This document shows, in pieces, positions 1 to 12,450 of a stretch of DNA of 64,000 nt. The stretch is from Lama glama (lineage: Eukaryota). Both the position numbers and the translations under genes were made by a program. The DNA lies in the NCBI GenBank assembly GCA_028534125.1, contig CM052837.1, forward strand, positions 10,292,001 to 10,356,000. Reading direction: 5' to 3'. Position 1 is the first letter of the stretch, and the number at the start of each line of letters is the position of its first letter. A model generated the notes under the pieces. That model was given only the letters and a program-made list of their open reading frames with translations, made no database searches and had not been told where the DNA came from.

Positions 1-785
1 ACCTTGGCATTTTGGCAGCCCAACAACAAGAGAGGGGTATGAGAAGTGGGAATGTACATCACGGGCATCACCAGCATGTTTCCAGCCACCATTGCCACCT
101 GGAGGACCTCAAGCAGGCAGGTGGGACATCCCACTGTGAGACATTCAGCAAAGAGCATCATGCATAGTCTGGGAAGTGGCAAGAGCCTTTGGTTCCAGGA
201 ATAAGGTCATCCATAGCCAGATCCTCAACTAAGAGCCAGGTCACTGCCAAAGCCTTCAGACTGGGACTGAAGGAGGGAGGGGAAAGACATAAATAAACCA
301 GGCTGAAGTCTGGGGAAGTCAGCTGGAAGAAACTAGTCCTGTGGCTGGGACGCCACAGAGTGGGGGCTGGTGGAGCCGGAGGTGGGCATATCTGGGGGCT
401 GTGACTTGGAGGTTGCACTGCCACCAATTCTCCCTCCAATCCATCCTCTCCCAAGCCCTTCCGTTACCAGGGCTATCAGTTTTCTCACCTCTGTCAGTGA
501 GGTGAAGCGTGACACGCTTTAAGTTCTTTTCCCAAATCTTCCAAGTAGAAGACAGCAATGACTACGGTTCTGAAGATAAGATATATTTATTACGTAAATG
601 AAGTGCTAGAAACTTGCTCTCAATGTGTAAGAACCCTCGAGACAAAGAGAGACTTCATCCTAGCCTGATGTTAAGGGAAATACGACTCCCATCACACAGC
701 CTATCATTGTTATGATATCGCCCATCTAAATCGTCTGCCACTTTCAAACGACTGTTGGTTTTGAGTCAGAGACTAATCACCTTTT

Positions 786-1174
786 CTATTTTTTAACATT
801 TTTTATTGATTTATAATCATTTTACAATGTTGTGTCAAATTCCAATGTAGAGCACAATTTTTCAGTTATACGTGAACATGTATTTATTCATTGTCACATT
901 GTTTTCTCTGTGAGCTACCATAAGATCTTGTATATATTTCCCTGTGCTATAAAGTGTAATGTTGTTTATCTATTCTACAGTTTTGAAATCCCAGTCTATC
1001 CCTTCCTACCTCCCACCCCCTTGGCAACCACAGGTTTGTATTCTATGCCTATGAGTCTGTTTCTGTTTTGTATTTATGTTTTATTTTGTTTTGTTTGGTT
1101 TTCTTTGTTTTGTTTTGTTTTTAGATTCCACATATGAGCAATCTCATATGGTATTTTTCTTTACAGAGAAAGAG
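786..1174 (-). mobile_element. 5'-truncated lineage-type (camelid-like) L1 3' end with 18-bp TSD
   Basis: T-rich tail, then ATTGATTTATAATCATTTTACAATGTTGTGTCAAATTCC...GATTCCACATATGAGCAATCTCATATGGTATTTTTC. TSD AGAGACTAATCACCTTTT at 768-785 and 1175-1192. Confidence 0.9.
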
Positions 1175-1754
1175 AGAGACTAATCACCTTTTGGTGTAAC
1201 CTCTCAGATAGTTTCTGGACCTCCTTCAAAAATGTCATCATGACTTCGGTGGCTTCTGGCTAACACCTCTGCCACATCTGACACTTTAACTACTTACATC
1301 CCACATCTGATTGTTTAAACTGGCTTCCTGTCCAAGCTGTCCCCATAGAAAATTTCAACGAGACATTTTATTTCAGTAAATGAGTGCTTCCTTTAAATAT
1401 TTAGATTTTTTGCAAGTTATGCAAAAAAATCAGGAGTAAGCCTAATGGAAATCTTGTGTACAACGGCCTTTTAGACATTACACATTGTAGAGGGGTGGAG
1501 GCATGAGCACTGAGCCAAACACAGCCTCTCATGAGAGAATCACACCCCACAGCAGGGGGAAAGTGTGGATCCTGGGGGTGGAGGGGGGGCGGGGGCCAGG
1601 GCAGGGCATAGAGAGGTTCATATCTCCATCACCTTTAGTACAGAGCAGCAAGGCCTGCTGGTGAGTTCACATTAAGGAGGAAAAAAATCAGTACAATCAA
1701 GGGAAGTGATAACATACCCCTGGTAAAAAGCCAATTAGCTTATTATCATTATTA

Positions 1755-1955
1755 TTACTATTACTGAAGTATAGTCAGTTTACAATGTTAATTTCTAGTA
1801 TACAGCATAGTGATTCTGATATATATATTCCATTTCATATTCTTTTTTGTTATAGGCTATACAAGGTATTGACTATAGTTCCCTGTGCTATACAGTGGGA
1901 CCTTGTTGTTTATCTATTTTATATATAGTAGTTAGTATCTGCCAATCCCAAACTT
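1755..1955 (-). mobile_element. L1 3' end fragment
   Basis: TGAAGTATAGTCAGTTTACAATG...TTCCCTGTGCTATACAGTGGG; same text as the copies at 22.4, 37.2 and 58.6 kb. Confidence 0.85.
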
Positions 1956-2009
1956 TGAATCAGCTTTGAATATGGTGTCCACAAAAAGTACCTCCCATCA
2001 ATCATGATC

Positions 2010-2170
2010 TGAGCCCTTTACATTTGCCATTGATTCTCCTCACAATCACACTGGCCTGTGGACCACATTATTCCCTTTATATAAATTAAAAGCCAAGTAA
2101 ACTGCCCAAGGGCATCCAAATATTAAGTGATAGAGTCAGAATTTGACCCAAACTTCTGACTCCAACTCTG
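2010..2170 (-). mobile_element. MIR SINE fragment
   Basis: AAGTAAACTGCCCAAGGGCATCC...AGTCAGAATTTGACCCAAACTTCTGACTCC resembles the antisense MIR core. Confidence 0.6.
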
Positions 2171-2529
2171 AAGGCTACTTTCCAGCCATAAGTCGCATCA
2201 CCTCTTTGAAGGCTGCCATGGTGGCAGCTGACTGTGTGAGCATCAATCCAGCTTTAACTCTGCTTTCTTGAGGGTGCCTAAGTCTCGCTCTCCTCTTAAC
2301 ATGTTACTGCTCATTTATGTCAATTTCACACCCTGCCCTGTTCCAATCGGGACTTCAAGTGCCACTCAAAAGTATTAGAAGTTTTCTTATGATTTGCCCT
2401 AAATGGAAAAAGAAAAAGTAGAAAGGAAGAAGAATCCTGTCTAAGTTAGAACAAAATGTGTTGCCTTTCAATTAAGTCGTTATAGTTTTTTCCCCTTTAA
2501 ACACACAGGGAGGAACTGTCTATATGAGG

Positions 2530-2760
2530 TAGAATTGGGCAGATCTGGCACCTAATCCTACCTCAGCCACTTACTAACTAAACTGGCCTTGGGCAAACCA
2601 TTTAACTTCTCTGAGTTTTTATTTCAGCATCTGTAGACAGATTAGTGATACCTTCAGTCACATGGTGGCGTCAGGAGAATTACTGAGTTTACATAAGTGG
2701 AGTGCTTAGAAGAAAACTGGTAAATGTTATATGCATAATAAATTGCTATTATTGGCCATC
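2530..2760 (+). mobile_element. MIR SINE
   Basis: CAGCCACTTACTAACT...CCTTGGGCAAACCATTTAACTTCTCTGAG...CATCTGTA, MIR core. Confidence 0.7.
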
Positions 2761-3233
2761 ATTACTGTTTTGTGCTGGTCTCAGCCCATCAATAACCAGT
2801 GGTGTCGTTGGACCAGCCCTTGTGGTTCTTACTATGATTGCAAGACACCCTTCAGCAATAATATTCAGGACACCTTGAAAAAGTAAAGTTTTATTACTTA
2901 CAAGGCCTGAAAATTACATAGCCCACCTGGGGCCACACACTGAGGCTGCAGGGGGAGAGAGCTGACCTGGGGTTCTGCTTCCACTGGAATCGAAGTTGGG
3001 CGCCTAGGGTTTTGTGGACTCGCAATTTTTGATACATAAATGTGGTAAATAAACATCAGAGCAGGAATTGAAAGCATGGGATGAGAAAACAATCAAACAG
3101 TCAATTATCAAAATCGACTAAGTTCTCTGAAACAAAGGAGCCTGAGTGCGGGGAGATGGCCTGGCTCTCCATCTAGTCCTGTGGCTGGCAGAGTGTCTAT
3201 CCGAGGTTGCTGAATGCCTCTCTGAAATGGATG

Positions 3234-3733
3234 NNNNNNNNNNNNNNNNNNNNNNNNNNNNNNNNNNNNNNNNNNNNNNNNNNNNNNNNNNNNNNNNNNN
3301 NNNNNNNNNNNNNNNNNNNNNNNNNNNNNNNNNNNNNNNNNNNNNNNNNNNNNNNNNNNNNNNNNNNNNNNNNNNNNNNNNNNNNNNNNNNNNNNNNNNN
3401 NNNNNNNNNNNNNNNNNNNNNNNNNNNNNNNNNNNNNNNNNNNNNNNNNNNNNNNNNNNNNNNNNNNNNNNNNNNNNNNNNNNNNNNNNNNNNNNNNNNN
3501 NNNNNNNNNNNNNNNNNNNNNNNNNNNNNNNNNNNNNNNNNNNNNNNNNNNNNNNNNNNNNNNNNNNNNNNNNNNNNNNNNNNNNNNNNNNNNNNNNNNN
3601 NNNNNNNNNNNNNNNNNNNNNNNNNNNNNNNNNNNNNNNNNNNNNNNNNNNNNNNNNNNNNNNNNNNNNNNNNNNNNNNNNNNNNNNNNNNNNNNNNNNN
3701 NNNNNNNNNNNNNNNNNNNNNNNNNNNNNNNNN
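3234..3733. other. assembly gap (500 N)
   Basis: N run. Confidence 1.
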
Positions 3734-4712
3734 GCCCAGATTTTTTTTAACTAGGTATTTCTTCATTTGCTATATGCCCTTACCATTTCTAGAAACTCAC
3801 ATTGTATAGTGTTTACCAATTTCCCTAAGGAGCAGGTCCACAGAGACCCTCAGCTCCTCCTGCTGACATGGTGCAAAATAATCTCCCTTTCGTCTAATAC
3901 TTGCGTCTATAAAGTCGTCTTTGTCTGAGATGAAGGCTATGGCCTGTGACCTCTGTTTCCAATCTGGATTAGCATTAGCTTTCTTATTCTCTTGCCCAGT
4001 GTCTTTTGTTACTCTGTTTTCAAGTCCGTCTTGTGTGTTCTGCAGATAGTTGAATTTTGTTTCTTGATTCTAACATATGATCTTCTATTTTTTGAAATTG
4101 CCTTTTTTATTTTCAATTCCCAGCATTCATTAGACATCTATGGAAGAAGGGCTGTCTTCTCTCCCAAGGCCTCCATAGGGGGGGGTCCGCACTGAGGGTC
4201 CCCACCCAGGACTCAGTGGGAAGGCCCCAGGGTTTGCCAAAATCATGCATCATTCCTGCTGAGAAGCTGTTTAGGGGTCAACAAGATCAACCTTATTTTT
4301 TTTTAATTAACATCTTTGTGAGGCTTAAGTGTTACATAACAAGTGGCCTATATTTAAACTACCCGATTTGCTAAGTTCTGATACATGTGTATACCAGGAG
4401 ACGATCACTGTAGTCGAGATAGTTAACATATCCATTCCCTCCTCCAGTTTTCCTGGTGCCTCTTGTGTTTCCTTGTGTTCCTTCCCCAGACAAACCATAA
4501 CCTCTGCCCTCATGCAGCTTATGTTCTTAAGTTGATTGACCATGAGAGCACATAGATCTAATCTCCCAGGCACTTCAGTGTCTTCTGCTCTGTTTTATCT
4601 TCTTAGTCCAGCGTGACTTTTCTTGAGGATTCAGAGTATAGCTTCCAGTGACCTCACCTAGTACTGAAATTGTTCACATCAGCTCTCGAAAATGAAATCT
4701 CATACATGTGAT

Positions 4713-5086
4713 TTTTTTAAATTTTATTTTATTGAGTTATAGTCAGTTTACAATGTTGCGTCAATTTCCAGTGTAGAGCACAATTTTTTCAGTTATACAT
4801 GAATGTACGTATACTCATTGTCACATTCTTTTTCACCATGAGCTACCACAAGATCTTACACCATGATCAAGTGGGGTTCATCCTAGGAACACAAGGATGN
4901 NNNNNNNNNNNNNNNNNNNNNNNNNNNNNNNNNNNNNNNNNNNNNNNNNNNNNNNNNNNNNNNNNNNNNNNNNNNNNNNNNNNNNNNNNNNNNNNNNNNN
5001 NNNNNNNNNNNNNNNNNNNNNNNNNNNNNNNNNNNNNNNNNNNNNNNGAATACATCTCAACATAATAAAAGCTATATATGACAAAT
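4713..5086 (-). mobile_element. L1 insertion with 5' inversion: antisense 3' tail joined to a sense ORF2 RT fragment; contains a 148-N gap at 4900-5047
   Basis: 4713-4858 is an antisense L1 3' end. 4859-5085 encodes HHDQVGFILGTQG...LNIIKAIYDK on +. TSD TCATACATGTGAT at 4700-4712 and 5087-5099. Confidence 0.9.
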
Positions 5087-5119
5087 TCATACATGTGATC
5101 TTACCACTTATAGAACGGT

Positions 5120-5580
5120 GACCTGCTGGGGCCCAGGGCAGGCCACCCCTAAATGGGCCTCAATGGAATATTACTTTGAATTAATGTTACTGAAGAAGTG
5201 GCCGATGCAGGGGGACACTCTGACCCTCCTCTTGTCCCCAGGAAAGCAGGAAATAAATATCTCATGTGAAAGGTGCCCTCCCTGTACCAGGAGACAGACA
5301 AACATCCTTCTCAACAGAAATAGGAAATCTGGGGCCAAAAACTTATATAAACTATTCCAAGCCTGAACTCTATTTAGATTCTTCACTAGTTAAGCAGTCA
5401 GAGCCCAGGAGACTTTGTCCTGTCAATTCCTCTCAAACTTACTGTTTGTTGGCCACATCCATGCCCACGATCTAAACTTGTTTCTTTTCCTCCTGTTGAT
5501 CTGTTTTGGGTAAATTTTAATTACTAGTCCAGCCACAAGAACTCAGGAGAGGAAGAAGGGGAAATTTCCCTCTCCCTGGA
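5120..5580 (+). mobile_element. ERV1-class solo LTR (MER34/MER39-like)
   Basis: GGCAGGCCACCCCTAAAT...AAAGGTGCCCTCCCTGTACCAGG, with terminal GAACTCAGGAGAGGAAGAAGGGGAAATTTCCCTCTCCC typical of this LTR group. Confidence 0.65.
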
Positions 5581-6109
5581 AACCTTGTCTCTCCTGATTT
5601 TTTCATATTTTGATATTTTCTTTTGGGATTCATCTGGATGATTCTTTGAAAGAGAAATTTTTGATGGGAGTGGAGGTGGGGGAAAGAGAAGCCTTGCTCG
5701 GTGCTACCAGCTGCTTCCTCTAGTTCTCTGAAGCTGCTAAAACAAATATATTTTTAAAACTTTCCAGAACATTTTTGAGATGTGTCGTGGCTGGCTAAGC
5801 TTGCTTAATGGGGATAACAGATGTTAATTTGTTTACTAAGAATAAAGTAAAAATCTATGTATATTTTTTCGTACAGTATTCTATATGGATGACACAAACA
5901 TTTAATCCATCCAGTCTGTGTTTTATTTTTATCTGAATATTTTACCTAATACTTTTTGTGAATGCTCAAATATCATAACTTTATAGCTTTTTTTTAAGTA
6001 AAGGAAATGTGTGAAGTATCTCCATTTAGCCAAAACTTCTCTATTGTGTTTAATTTATTGCTAGTCTTGGTGGGAGTGGAAGAGAGAGCTAATACCGGAA
6101 TTTATCAAG

Positions 6110-6320
6110 AACACAGACTTTGAAACAAGATGGTCTGGGGTTGAGTAACTGTTCTGTCTATTGTGGTCTCAGACAAATTAATTAACATTTCCAAGGAATG
6201 ATTTCATCATCTTTAAAATGGAAGTAATCACATCTACCTCACAGGGTAATTCTGAAAATGAAGTTTGACTATATATGTATAATATTTACAATTGCCTGGA
6301 TGGACCATAATAGTGATATT
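6110..6320 (+). mobile_element. MIR SINE (degenerate)
   Basis: ACAGACTTTGAAACAAGA...TTTCATCATCTTTAAAATGGAAGTAATCACATCTACCTCACAGGG. Confidence 0.55.
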
Positions 6321-7089
6321 TATGTTTGTTATTCTGTATATGGAAATAATACCACTTGAAATAAATGTTTTCTTTGATGTCATAATTTAAGAAGCAAGCC
6401 ATGTGGGTCATAGATTTGAATTTGAAATTTAGCTTTCAATGTACTGACATTCAGGAGTTACCCAGTTTTCCTGTTTCTTGCCCATGTATACATGTTATTA
6501 AACATTTGTTTGATTTTCTTCTGTTTAAAAAAATACTGACATTCAAATATAATTACATAGTCGACATTATTGTTGAATATTTTCCTATCTCTTTGGGACA
6601 AAATGATAACTTTAAAAATGTTAGGCAGGGGAGGTTGAGAACAGCTCAGGACTATTGGTGGGGGAACTCTGCACAAGAATGTTAAATGAGAAAAAGAAAA
6701 CACACTTTCATTGTTTTATTTCATTCTTCTGAACACTTGTTACTCAAGTAAATGCTCAGATTGGGGTTAGAAGTCTTTGTTTTAGGGAAATGTGGCTATT
6801 TTCCCTTATATTCTTAACCCACGGCATACAGATAAAGGGCATTCTGTAATTGTCTGTTGACTAATTGAAGAGGGAAAAACCTTGCTTTCCCTGACATGAT
6901 CCCCAGTAACCTTGAACCCAAAGTGACCTTATGTGAGCAGGCCAGAGAGTGAGGGGCCAGGAGGGAGGATGCTGCCACGGTCAGGAGTATGCACACGAGC
7001 TTGCTACTTCCGGGGATAATCATGCTCTGGAAATGGTCCCCGAATTCCTGAGGACAGGTGTGTATAAAGTGCATTGGTGGCCAAAACCA

Positions 7090-7350
7090 CAAGCGCTCAC
7101 TCACCTCTATGTTCTCTCTTTTTTCCCCTCAGCTCACAGCCATGTTTTATCTCCCAGCTGGATGCAGTCATGTGATGAGTACTAGCCAATGGCATATGAG
7201 TAGAGGTTATGAGTGCTACCTCTAGTCCTGAATCATAAAAAAAGTGGGACTCCTGATAATTCATCCTGCTTTCCCCATCTACTGATGGAATGAACGGACT
7301 TCAAGGATCTAGATGGGAGACAAACATGGAAAGAGTCTAGGTCCCTTCAA
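7090..7350 (+). mobile_element. MaLR (MLT1-type) LTR fragment
   Basis: CAGTCATGTGATGAGTACTAGCCAATGGCATATGAGTAGAGG, MLT1H/I/J-like motif. Confidence 0.55.
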
Positions 7351-7519
7351 TAACTAATTAGATATCTCATCTATTTTTAAATAATGCCACCACTTTATTA
7401 TGGCCATAAAGGAGATCCTACACAAATCCACTGCTACATGAAATCATGAAGAAGACAATATTTTTTTCTCTGATTCTTTGTTTCTCTTTCAACACCCTCC
7501 TCTCTTTGATGATAATTAA

Positions 7520-7720
7520 TACTTATTGAGTAGTTAATATATAATAGACATTATACTAATTTCTATACTAATTATAGATATTATTTCATTTAACCTCTCC
7601 ATGAATTTCAGGCAGTACAATCTGTTATTAATCTTATTTGGCAGTTGAGAAAATGAAGCATAGAGAGGTTAAATCCCTAGTAGACAAATGGATTCAAGAT
7701 TTGAACTTGGAACATTCACA
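7520..7720 (-). mobile_element. MIR SINE
   Basis: TACTTATTGAG...CAGTTGAGAAAATGAAGCATAGAGAGGTTAAAT. Confidence 0.65.
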
Positions 7721-8470
7721 CCTAATCACTAAGCTACACAATTTCCCAATATGTTCTGTGTGTCTAGTTTCCTTAGCCATGCAGAACCTTCTGCAGAAGT
7801 TGTTATCTCAGATGACTTGCCAAGCACATACATTTTCCTCCTCTTATGTGCTTTTCATAGCACCCTATGCTAAATTGCATTTCTTCAAACATTAATTATG
7901 CAAAGAAACTAATACATTAATTAAAATTTAATTATTGAGCACTTACTATGTTAAAAGATTAGTACTAACTGTAATGGGCATAGTAAAAATCGATAGGTTT
8001 GGTACTTGATTTCAAGGGGATTTCAGTCCCTTGTCATCTAGCCACCCTACCTTGAACTACAATCCAGAATGTTAGAAAGTCCTGGCTGGCAGTGGGGATG
8101 GAGTATCTTTAGCCCATTATTTTAATGAATGACATGAATCATATCCAAAGGTGTGGAGAAGTATGTCCAACTGGACGACAAAAGTGGACGGTCAGCAGCA
8201 AGTAGAGTGTCAGGAGCACATATGCTGAAATAAGTGGGGACAGAAAACAGGAGGTATTGGCGGGGAACAAGATAAATTGCCAAGTGCTGACTGGCACCCC
8301 CTCATTAAGTGATCAGTCATCACCAATGAAGTGAGCGGAGCTGTGTCATGAGCTGGATGTAGAAGAGTATAAAAAAGAGAAAGCAAGAAGGATTAACAAA
8401 TAAATGAGGAGGAGGAAGTAGAGTATGGAGGTTATTACTATCCAGAAAAGCAATCAGATGCTCAGAGGAG

Positions 8471-9052
8471 TGTTACTGAACTGAGGTGCATCTGCTCCCT
8501 GCTCAAAAGCCAATGCTCAAGAGACAAGTGTTGGTTGGAAAAGGAAAGGTTGCTTTATACAGGGAGCCTTCTCCTGGGGAGAAGGCATACTCGTGTCCAA
8601 GAACCAACTCCGAAGAGTCTGCTCAGCCATGAAAATTTTTAAAGGGAAAAGGGGGAAGCTAGTCACAGCTAATCATTTGGAGACGGGGTCAGAGTCTTCA
8701 TCATCTTTCACTGTGTGGAGACTCATTGACTCCTTGTGATCTTCCTTTAGAAGCTATCTTGTTCATGCAGTTTGCTGATGGGGTTACTAATACTCTCTCC
8801 CATTCAGCTGGGAAAAGGGTTTAGTCTTCCATTAATTATTTATTTTTCATTTCTACTTCTTTTATCTAAGAAAAGAATCAACAGGTTAGGCAAAGCATTG
8901 TTGGATCAAAAGATTTGAAAGGTGTTCTTTGGCCAGAGTTGAGTGAAACCTGGGGGTACCTGGTATAAAGGTTTAGTTAAAATACAGTTTTGCTAAATTG
9001 ACAAGACAAAAAGGATCTCCAAAGAGCTGCTTCCATCAAAGAGCTGTTTACA
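8471..9052 (-). mobile_element. ERV1-class solo LTR (582 bp) with 4-bp TSD
   Basis: TG...CA termini (TGTTACTGAA...CTGTTTACA). TSD GGAG at 8467-8470 and 9053-9056. Confidence 0.8.
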
Positions 9053-9479
9053 GGAGTAACATGATGGAGAGCAGATGAGTTTTTAATCTAGGGGACAACT
9101 GAGCAGGTTTCCAGCCAGGAGAATGAAGGGATGATGAGAAAAAGCTTAATGTGAAGGAGGAGGGTAGGAGAAAACAATTGATGCAGGGAGAAGATGGAAC
9201 GGTGGTAGGAGAATGAGACTTAGAGAGAAAAGATGGTGGGTTAATACAAAAATTCCTTTGATGGAGAAAGTGAAAAGGGGGGGAACCAAAATCAAATGAC
9301 TTTGAACTTCATAAATTTGGACATCAGGTCATCTTCAAAGAAGGCGTGGGTGCGGATGGAAGCCCAAGAGAGTGAAAACTTTCGGCAGAGGATCTATGAG
9401 GAATGTCTATAAAGATTTACTAGATTTTACTCCATCAGTCACTATGCATTTACACAGCACTGAGTCTATGTCCAGTGAT

Positions 9480-9800
9480 CTATTAGACATTATAGTTTCA
9501 CTTTTCAAAGTGCTGGTGGTAGCTGCCAACATGGCAATTTCAGCAAATGCTGTAAAACTTGCTCTCCACTCCATCCTACAAGCCACTAATAAAAATAAGG
9601 AGTAAGTTTGGATTTAGGTCCTTAAGGCACCCAACTTGTTTTCTCTTTTCAGTGAAAAGACCAAAGCCCTGACAGCTCCATTTGAGCAATGTAAGTCAAC
9701 ATTATTTGTCTCACTATTTCATCATAACCTGTGTTTCATGTGCCTGGCTATGAGTCCATCTTCTCAGTTTTTCACAACATTCATAGAACCGTGCATGGCT
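9480..9800 (-). mobile_element. possible ancient CR1/L3 LINE RT fragment
   Basis: TCAGCAAAT...CAAGCCACTAATAAAAATAAG...GGCACCCAACT is a loose match to antisense CR1/L3. Confidence 0.35.
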
Positions 9801-10029
9801 TTATACTTCATAAATTACTGCTTCATAGAAAGATATAAAGTTATGGGTGTGGAATGTTACAGAAGGTACCATATTAACTTCAAATTCAGAGAATTTGTGG
9901 ATCAATGATTCACTTTGAATGTGGCAATGATAAAAAAAAATTGAGAAATGGACTAGGAATTGAAAAAGACAAAAGAATTAAGGTAGAGTAAACACATCTA
10001 GAGAAATGGTGGTATTTGTAGTCCTGAAG

Positions 10030-10495
10030 GAGAGAATGCAAGGACAGCAGATATCGTCCACTCTTCACTAATATCCCTTCAGCCTCCCCCTTTAAAATGC
10101 ACTCTGATGTCTTACTGAGAAAACCTAAGGCTTTCTTTTTCCCTCTGGCTTCCAGAGGATTATTGGCTAGAGCACAGGACAGGCCAGAAGTGCCATTAAT
10201 TAATGCCCTGGCAGAGTCCTTCCACCAGTAATGGATAGAGTTTGACACATGAATATTCCAGATTCCTTATCCCCCAGATAGGGCAAGGCAGAAGCATGTT
10301 CTACAGACCTCCCAGAGGCCCCCAGCAGGATTGGTCTCAGTTGCCCACAGTGGTAACCTGTTCATAGACAGATAGCAGATAATTTTCCTTCCCTTTCTCA
10401 CTTCCCTCTTCCTTACTCATTTTCCACATTTGCTTCCCCCAAACCATGTCTTGCATCCAAATCTTTGCTTCCAGTGGAACTGAGCCTAACTCAGA
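10030..10495 (+). mobile_element. ERVL LTR16-family LTR
   Basis: CCCAGAGGCCCCCAGCAGGATTGGTCTCAGTTGCCCACAGTGGTAACCTG, LTR16A-like. Confidence 0.7.
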
Positions 10496-10599
10496 GAGTG
10501 AAACCAAATTCCTCTGCAGAAGAGGAAAAAGAAATAGAATCCATCACTATAAACAATATCTTTTCTGTGAAGCTAGTCCACGTTCAGTTAAACTGCTAT

Positions 10600-11890
10600 C
10601 TGTCCAGTTTCCCAAAATAGAAATCTAAAAATTATCTTTGACCATTTCCTCTTTCTCACATCTTCTATTGACATCATCAACAAGTTCTGTAGGTTTAGCT
10701 CCTAAATATCTCTCAGATCTACTTTCCTCCATCCCTGTTTGCATAACCCTAAGCCAGTCTGCCTCACCTCCCACTCAGACTTGCACCAGCTTTCTGACTG
10801 GCTTTCTGCATTCATTCTGGTCCTCCTCCAATCCATTCTCCATTCAGCATCCCCAGGTGAACTTTTCAAAGCCAAGTCTGATATTTTACATCCCACACAC
10901 TGCTTAACACTCTTCAGTGGCTACTGTAGACNNNNNNNNNNNNNNNNNNNNNNNNNNNNNNNNNNNNNNNNNNNNNNNNNNNNNNNNNNNNNNNNNNNNN
11001 NNNNNNNNNNNNNNNNNNNNNNNNNNNNNNNNNNNNNNNNNNNNNNNNNNNNNNNNNNNNNNNNNNNNNNNNNNNNNNNNNNNNNNNNNNNNNNNNNNNN
11101 NNNNNNNNNNNNNNNNNNNNNNTCCACCAAGAAGGGAGATCTCACTAGACATAGAATCTGCCAGGGCCTTAATTTTGGACTTTCTAGTCTCCAGAGCTGT
11201 GAGAAATTAATTTCTATTGTAAGCCTCCCAGGTTATAGTATTTTATTATAGTAGCCTGAGCTGACTAACACGACGGCTTCTCACCTCTCTTGCACTGAAG
11301 CCAGCACTTTTTAACACAGCCTGCAAGATGTTTCCTGATCTGGACTCTCCCCTGCACCCCGCATGCCCACACATCTCTAGTCTCCACTTAGACCACGCTC
11401 CACTTGCTTTCAACTTTCCAGTCACCCAGCTCTTCTTACATTTTATTCGTCCAAATTTCTTGCTCCCTTGCACCACGGTATGTTTGTAATAACTGTTTTG
11501 TTTTCTTAGAAAAAGCTTTCTCTGCAATCTTCCCCTCACCAAACCCCCGCCCAGCTAATGCCTCGTCTTCTTCAGATATCAGGTCCAGAGTCACTTTCTC
11601 TGAAAAGTTCCCAAACATGCCTTATCATGTTAAATCTCTCTGTTATAGGCTGTTCTAGAACTATGTAACTCTATGTCATGTTTCACTGTTATAATTTTTA
11701 CATTTATATCACTGATTATTTTCTTAATTTTTTTTATTAACAGTTGGTCTCATCTACCCTGTATCTCCTATAATACCAAAGACATTGTCTTCTGTTGGTC
11801 ACTTTTTTATTTCTAGCTTCTAGCACAGTAATTTGTACCCAATAATGACTCAATTTGTTGAATTAATGAAAAAAGAAATAAGTCAATGAA
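10600..11890 (+). mobile_element. L2 LINE 3' region interrupted by an MLT1 LTR and a gap
   Basis: Pyrimidine-rich L2 text (ATCCATTCTCCATTCAGCA; GTCACTTTCTCTGAAAAG) ending TTTGTTGAATTAATGAA. Confidence 0.7.
10925..11270 (+). mobile_element. MLT1A/B-type MaLR LTR, partly hidden by the N gap 10932-11122
   Basis: TTGGACTTTCTAGTCTCCAGAGCTGTGAGAAATTAATTTCTATTG...TATAGTAGCCTGAGCTGACTAACAC. Confidence 0.75.
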
Positions 11891-11999
11891 TGTACATGCA
11901 ATAACTTTGCACTTATCCTTGTAGAAATAAATACATTTTTTGTGGGGGAAAAGAACATGGCTTCTGGGGAAACAGAAAAAGGCATACAAAAAGGAACCA

Positions 12000-12450
12000 T
12001 CAAACAGAGAAAGACAAACACCATGCAATCTCATTTATATGTGGAATCTAAAAACAAAACAAAACAAAACAACTTCACCAAACTCATGAAAAAAGAAATT
12101 GGATTTGTGGTTACCAGAGAGGAGTTTGGGGGGAAGTGGGAATTGAAGAAAGGTGGACAAAATGTGCAAACTTCCAGGTATAAGGATGTAACATACATGA
12201 TGACTATAGTTAACACTACTGTATGGTATATAGGGAAGTTGTTTTTAAAAAAGTAGATCCTAAGAGTTCTCATCCCAAGAAGAAAATTTTTTCTTTTTCT
12301 AACTTTATCTGTATGAGATGATGGGTGTTAGCTAACCTTATTGTGTAATTATTTCACAATATGTGTAAATCTACCAACTTGCTGTAGACCTTAAATTTAG
12401 GTAATGATGTATGCCAATTATTTCTCAATAAAACTGGGGAAAAATTTTTA
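12000..12450 (+). mobile_element. L1 3' end (L1MA-like)
   Basis: AGAAAGACAAACACCATGCAATCTCATTTATATGTGGAATCTAAAAA...TCTCAATAAAACTGGGGAAAAA. Confidence 0.85.

Noticed and set aside
1-560. GC-moderate block with short minus-strand ORFs (possible pseudogene or ancient LTR)
   Set aside because: I recognise no protein in any frame and see no TSD or poly(A). It cannot be classified without a search.
3146-3809. ~200-aa ORFs here and at 49787-50493, 10739-11251 and 23775-24104
   Set aside because: Artefacts of translating through N gaps.
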